Origin: Fonticula alba ATCC 38817
Lineage: Eukaryota > Protista > Nucleariida
Assembly: GCA_000388065.2 (NCBI GenBank)
Contig: KB932203.1
Length of the DNA stretch: 12,555 nucleotides
Direction: 5' to 3' (one strand)
Shown piece after piece: positions 9,285 to 12,555 of this stretch. Under the pieces are notes generated by a model. The model was not told the origin of the DNA. It worked only from the letters and a program-made list of their open reading frames with translations, and made no database searches. Both the position numbers and the translations under genes were made by a program. The stretch's first letter is position 1; each line of letters begins with the position of its first letter.

Positions 9285-11231
9285 ATGTCCGATCCCGCGA
9301 GCATCCTCCGCGAGTTGCAAAAGCACTCGCAGTCCCTCCGCCAGTCGAGTCAGCTGCTGCTTCAGCAAATCCAGGAGCAGGAAAGCGGTCTGAACAAGCT
9401 CCGCCACCAGCTGTCCGCGGTGCTGGCGCACAGCGAGTCAACCCAGCGTCTGATCCGGGCGTTGTCCGCGCCGGGCGTTCTGCCGGCCGGCAGTCAGGAG
9501 GCCAAGTCCGAGGAGGCCGGAGCGGCGTCGGCATCTGCCGGCCCGGATGGCGGTGACACGATCGGCGACACGGACATCGGATCGCGCAAGCGCACGGCCC
9601 TCTTGTCCGGGACCATGTTGGGTTATATGCAGCCCCCTGCCAAGGTCATGCGCACGGCCGACCCCGCCGACAAGGCCGACCCCGCCGACAAGGCCGAGCC
9701 GGCTGGCGCTGCCCAGCAAGACATCTGGCATTCTTTTGCTCAGGGCCTGACCATCGAGGCCGGTTGGGCGCGGGTCCTGGCTAGCGAGTTCCCGAAGCCC
9801 TATTTCCAGAGGGTGTGTATGCCTGTATGCCTGTATGCCTGTGTGACTGTGTGACTGTGTGCTTGTGTGCATGTGTGCTTGTGTGCATGTGTGACTGTGT
9901 GCATGTGTGCCTGTGTGCCTGTGTGACTGTGTGTTTGTGTGCATGTGTGCCTGTGTGCCTGTGTGACTGTGTGTTTGTGTGACTGTGTGCTTGTGTGCTT
10001 GTGTGCTTGTGTGCTTGTGTGCCCGCACGCCTGCGCGCCCGCACGCCTGCGCGCCCGCACGCCCGCACGCCCGCACGCCCGCACCCCCACACCCCCACAC
10101 CCCCACACCCCCACACCCCCACACCCCCGCACCCCCGTGTGTATGCCCCTCTTGCGGGTCCCCTGGCTCCCTCCTAAAAGGCGTTCGCGATTCGGCGCCC
10201 GACGTGTCTAACCGCCCTCCCCCATGTGCATTCCCCGCCGGTGGTATGTGTGTAGCTCGCGAACTTCCTGCGCTACGAGTACGCCACCAGCATCGTCTAC
10301 CCCTCGCCGGAGAAGATCTTCAACTGGTCGCATCTGTCCCCCTGGTCCTTCGACGACTCGGGCTCGGACACCGGCATCCGGGTGGTCCTCATTGGCCAGG
10401 ATCCCTACATCAATCCCAGCCAGGCGGTCGGCCTGTCGTTCAGTGTCCCGCGCGGCATGCAGATCCCCCCCTCCCTGAGGAACATTTACAAGGAGCTGTC
10501 CAACGATCTGCCCGAGGAGTTCCCCGTCATCCCGAACCACGGGTGCCTGGATGGCTGGGCCCGCCAGGGTGTCCTCCTCCTGAACGCCATCCAGACCGTC
10601 CGGCAGAAGGAGTGTGCGTCCATGGGCTGCCGCCCCCCCCCCCCCCCGCCTGGTGTCCCTCCTTGCCCTGCTGACCTCTCTCTCTCTCTCTCTCCCCCCC
10701 TCTCCCCCTCTCCCTCCTCGCTTGCCCTTGTCCGGTCTCTTCTCCCTGGCCGGCCGCATGGTGCAGCCAACTCCCACGTCGATTCCGGGTGGGCGGAATT
10801 CACCTCGGCCGTGGTCAAGGCCATCGACGAGAAGGCCCCCCTGTCGGTGGTTTTCCTGCTGATGGGTCGCCAGGCCCAGCGTTTTGAGACTCTCGTTCGC
10901 AATGTGCGCTGCCCGTCCTCCTGCCTATCGCCGGGCTCGCCTGGCCTCCTCGGCCGCTTGATCGCCGCCGCCGCCGCCGCCGCCGCTGTTCTCCCCCTCC
11001 CACACTCCGTTCTGTCTTCCTCTCTCGCCTCCCCCCTCCCGTCCCTCCGCCTCGCGTGCGCTTGCTGACCCCCTGCCGCATTTGCTCTCCCAGCCCAAGC
11101 ACAAGATTGTCAAGTCTGCTCACCCCTCGCCCTTGAGCGCGGCCAGGTTCTTCGGTTGCAAGGTCTTCTCCAAGACCAACAACCTGCTGGAGGCGGCTGG
11201 CCGCCGGAAGGTCAACTGGGCCGATCTCTGA
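9285..11231 (+). CDS. UNG: Family-1 uracil-DNA glycosylase, 386 aa. Exons 9285-9812, 10256-10613, 10767-10903, 11094-11231
   Basis: The spliced product contains W..VLASEFPKPYFQRL, VVLIGQDPY (catalytic Asp), QAVGLSFSV, the PPSLRNIYKEL proline loop, GWARQGVLLLN (uracil-binding Asn), NSH...GWAEFT and AHPSPLS (catalytic His and intercalating Leu), and ends with FFGCKVFSKTN...VNWADL-TGA. Three GT-AG introns have phases 0,1,0. Confidence 0.96.
9657..9704 (+). repeat. Coding 18-bp tandem duplication (ADPADK x2 + AEPA) in the UNG N-terminal extension
   Basis: GCCGACCCCGCCGACAAG occurs at 9657-9674 and 9675-9692, followed by the degenerate GCCGAGCCGGCT. Confidence 0.9.
9813..10140 (+). repeat. Compound octamer tandem array (41 x 8 bp) in UNG intron 1
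   Basis: Units stay in exact 8-bp register: 26 GT-rich units (mostly GCNTGTGT/GACTGTGT), 8 GCCCGCAC/GCCTGCGC units, then CCCCACAC x5, CCCCGCAC and CCCCGTGT. A perfect 40-bp duplication sits at 9901-9940 = 9941-9980. Confidence 0.97.
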
Positions 11232-11343
11232 TCCCCCGGTCGTCGGCAAAAGGTCCCCGAGGGCAGCCCCCTTCGTCGCCTTTCCGCGCGTCCGGCCCTC
11301 CTCCATGTTGCCGCTCTTCCTGGCTCTCTTGATCTCCCATGCT

Positions 11344-11359
11344 GCGCGCGCGCGCGCCA

Positions 11360-11407
<48 letters not shown>
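11344..11407. repeat. (GC)7 followed by (AC)23 microsatellite downstream of the UNG stop
   Basis: Read directly: GC repeat 11344-11357 and AC repeat 11362-11407. Confidence 0.95.
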
Positions 11408-11409
<2 letters not shown>

Positions 11410-12555
11410 GCCCACGCCCACCTACACACAGGCATCCATGTCCATGCCCCTTCTCCTTCGTGTCTCCTCCCGTGCATGCGTCTTGTCCGCGTGTCAATGT
11501 ACTTTCCCATTTCCAGCCATCCAAGCTCGCATGCATGGACCCCCCTCCCCCCACATGTGCTTTTGTGCTGGCACCCCCGGTGTTCCTCCTTCCTTCCCAC
11601 CCACTGGCATGTGTGCCCGTGTAGGCCCCCTCCCCATCCGGGAGGTGTTTCTCCCCGGCCGGCGGTCAGTCCGCCGCGGCCGGTCCGGCACCAGGCCGTG
11701 ATCACGCCACCGGGCCTGTCCTCGGAGTCACGTGGAGAGCCCTGCGCTCCTCTCCCCGCTGCCCGGCTTGCCGGCCCCGGGTTCGAGGTGCCTGGCCGAC
11801 CGGTCGCTTCGCCCGCCGCCCGGCCCCCGCCAGGACATCCCACTTGCGGGCGTTGTGCCGCTGTCTTTTCCCGTCCCGGCGGCCCGGCCGAGATCGCCAG
11901 TGTGTCTGCGAGCATGCCGCCGTTCGTGCGGTGCCCGGGCGCGGGGGCTGGGGCTCATTCTTTTATTCTTCTCCCCGTGCGCGCCCCTCTTGCCGTCCCC
12001 CCGCCCCTATTGCCCGACCTGGGGGGGGGGAGGGGGGAATTTGCTCCGTGCTCCGTCGGCAAGTCAAAGCCCGAGCCGGCATTCCAGCCGCACACCGGCC
12101 CGGCGGTGGACGACCACCCCAGGGCGGCCGTTCCCACGCTGTGTGGGTGGCCAAATAAAGTGCCTCCCGGCGAACGCTCTGCCTGGCTGAGCCGGGGGGG
12201 GGGGGGGCGTTTTCGCGAGCCCCGGAGGCGGGCCGTGCTCCGGGGGCGGGGGCCGCCGGCATGGGAGCAGCCTGTCCGTTAAGAAGACCGCCGGGACCTG
12301 GGAGGGGGGGGCGGGGGCGGGGGGTGGGCAGGCACACGGCCGCGGGCGGTTCGGGGGTATCCGTGGCACATGCGGATGCATGTCGACCCGGCGGCCATAT
12401 TGCCGCACGAACACCCCCCCGGTCGGGGCGACCCCTAAAGTGGCTCATCGGCTAATGTGCCGACTTGGACAATATGAAAAACCGCCGGCGCCGGGCGACA
12501 GCCGGAGCATGGGCGCGCGCCTCTGTTGGGTGCGTCTCCCGGCCGGGGGGGGGGG

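Noticed and set aside
7106-9556. 816-aa ORF, and the overlapping 579-aa ORF, that could suggest an SGF11-UNG fusion
   Set aside because: They stay open only because 739 Ns are translated as X. The part after the gap is UNG leader and out-of-frame UNG sequence. UNG has its own ATG and upstream CCAAT/AT-rich region.
9813-10140. Octamer array as a CRISPR array, telomeric repeat or coding repeat (HT/CV-rich ORFs)
   Set aside because: There are no unique spacers or cas genes, the units do not match known telomere motifs, and it lies inside a phase-consistent intron with an in-frame stop at 9852-9854.
2146-12061. Recurrent 8-mer CGTCGGCA (2146, 2246, 9117, 9526, 11241, 12054)
   Set aside because: Two copies are inside coding exons, positions relative to genes are inconsistent, and GC-rich 8-mers recur readily by chance.
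12154-12217. AATAAA (12154-12159) as the UNG poly(A) signal and TTTCGCG (12211-12217) as an E2F-like site
   Set aside because: AATAAA is over 900 nt from the stop and the E2F match is imperfect. Neither can be assigned without transcript data.
11305-12282. 325-aa ORF with a signal-peptide-like start, a TH repeat and a CGRCAAVF zinc-finger-like patch
   Set aside because: The start and TH run come from CT-rich and (AC)n repeats, the C2H2 histidines are missing, and the composition is Pro/Arg/Ala as expected for GC-rich non-coding DNA. An exon at about 11695-11925 cannot be excluded but is unsupported.

Overview
GC-rich, intron-rich eukaryotic nuclear DNA with no bacterial, phage or CRISPR features. 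There are four N-gaps, and most gap edges abut poly-G/poly-C tracts. The style suggests a GC-rich unicellular eukaryote such as Fonticula, which is an unverified impression. Four spliced housekeeping genes can be rebuilt by hand with GT-AG introns in consistent phase. (1) The 5' part of a nucleostemin/Nug1/Grn1 (GNL3-family) circularly permuted GTPase, minus strand, running off the left edge. (2) A complete 8-exon DEAD-box helicase of the DDX49/Dbp8 type, minus strand, 550 aa. (3) A divergently transcribed SGF11/ATXN7L3 SAGA deubiquitination-module subunit, plus strand, whose 3' end lies in a gap. (4) A complete 4-exon family-1 uracil-DNA glycosylase, plus strand, 386 aa. Most ORFs in the supplied track are GC-rich shadow frames or run through Ns. 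I see no clearly new multi-gene system. The best oddities are a 41-unit, indel-free, composition-graded octamer array in UNG intron 1 with fold-back potential, an unusual coiled-coil N-terminus and motif substitutions in UNG, a near-universal +4C splice donor (GTRCGY), competing donors in SGF11, and variant motifs plus large insertions in DDX49.
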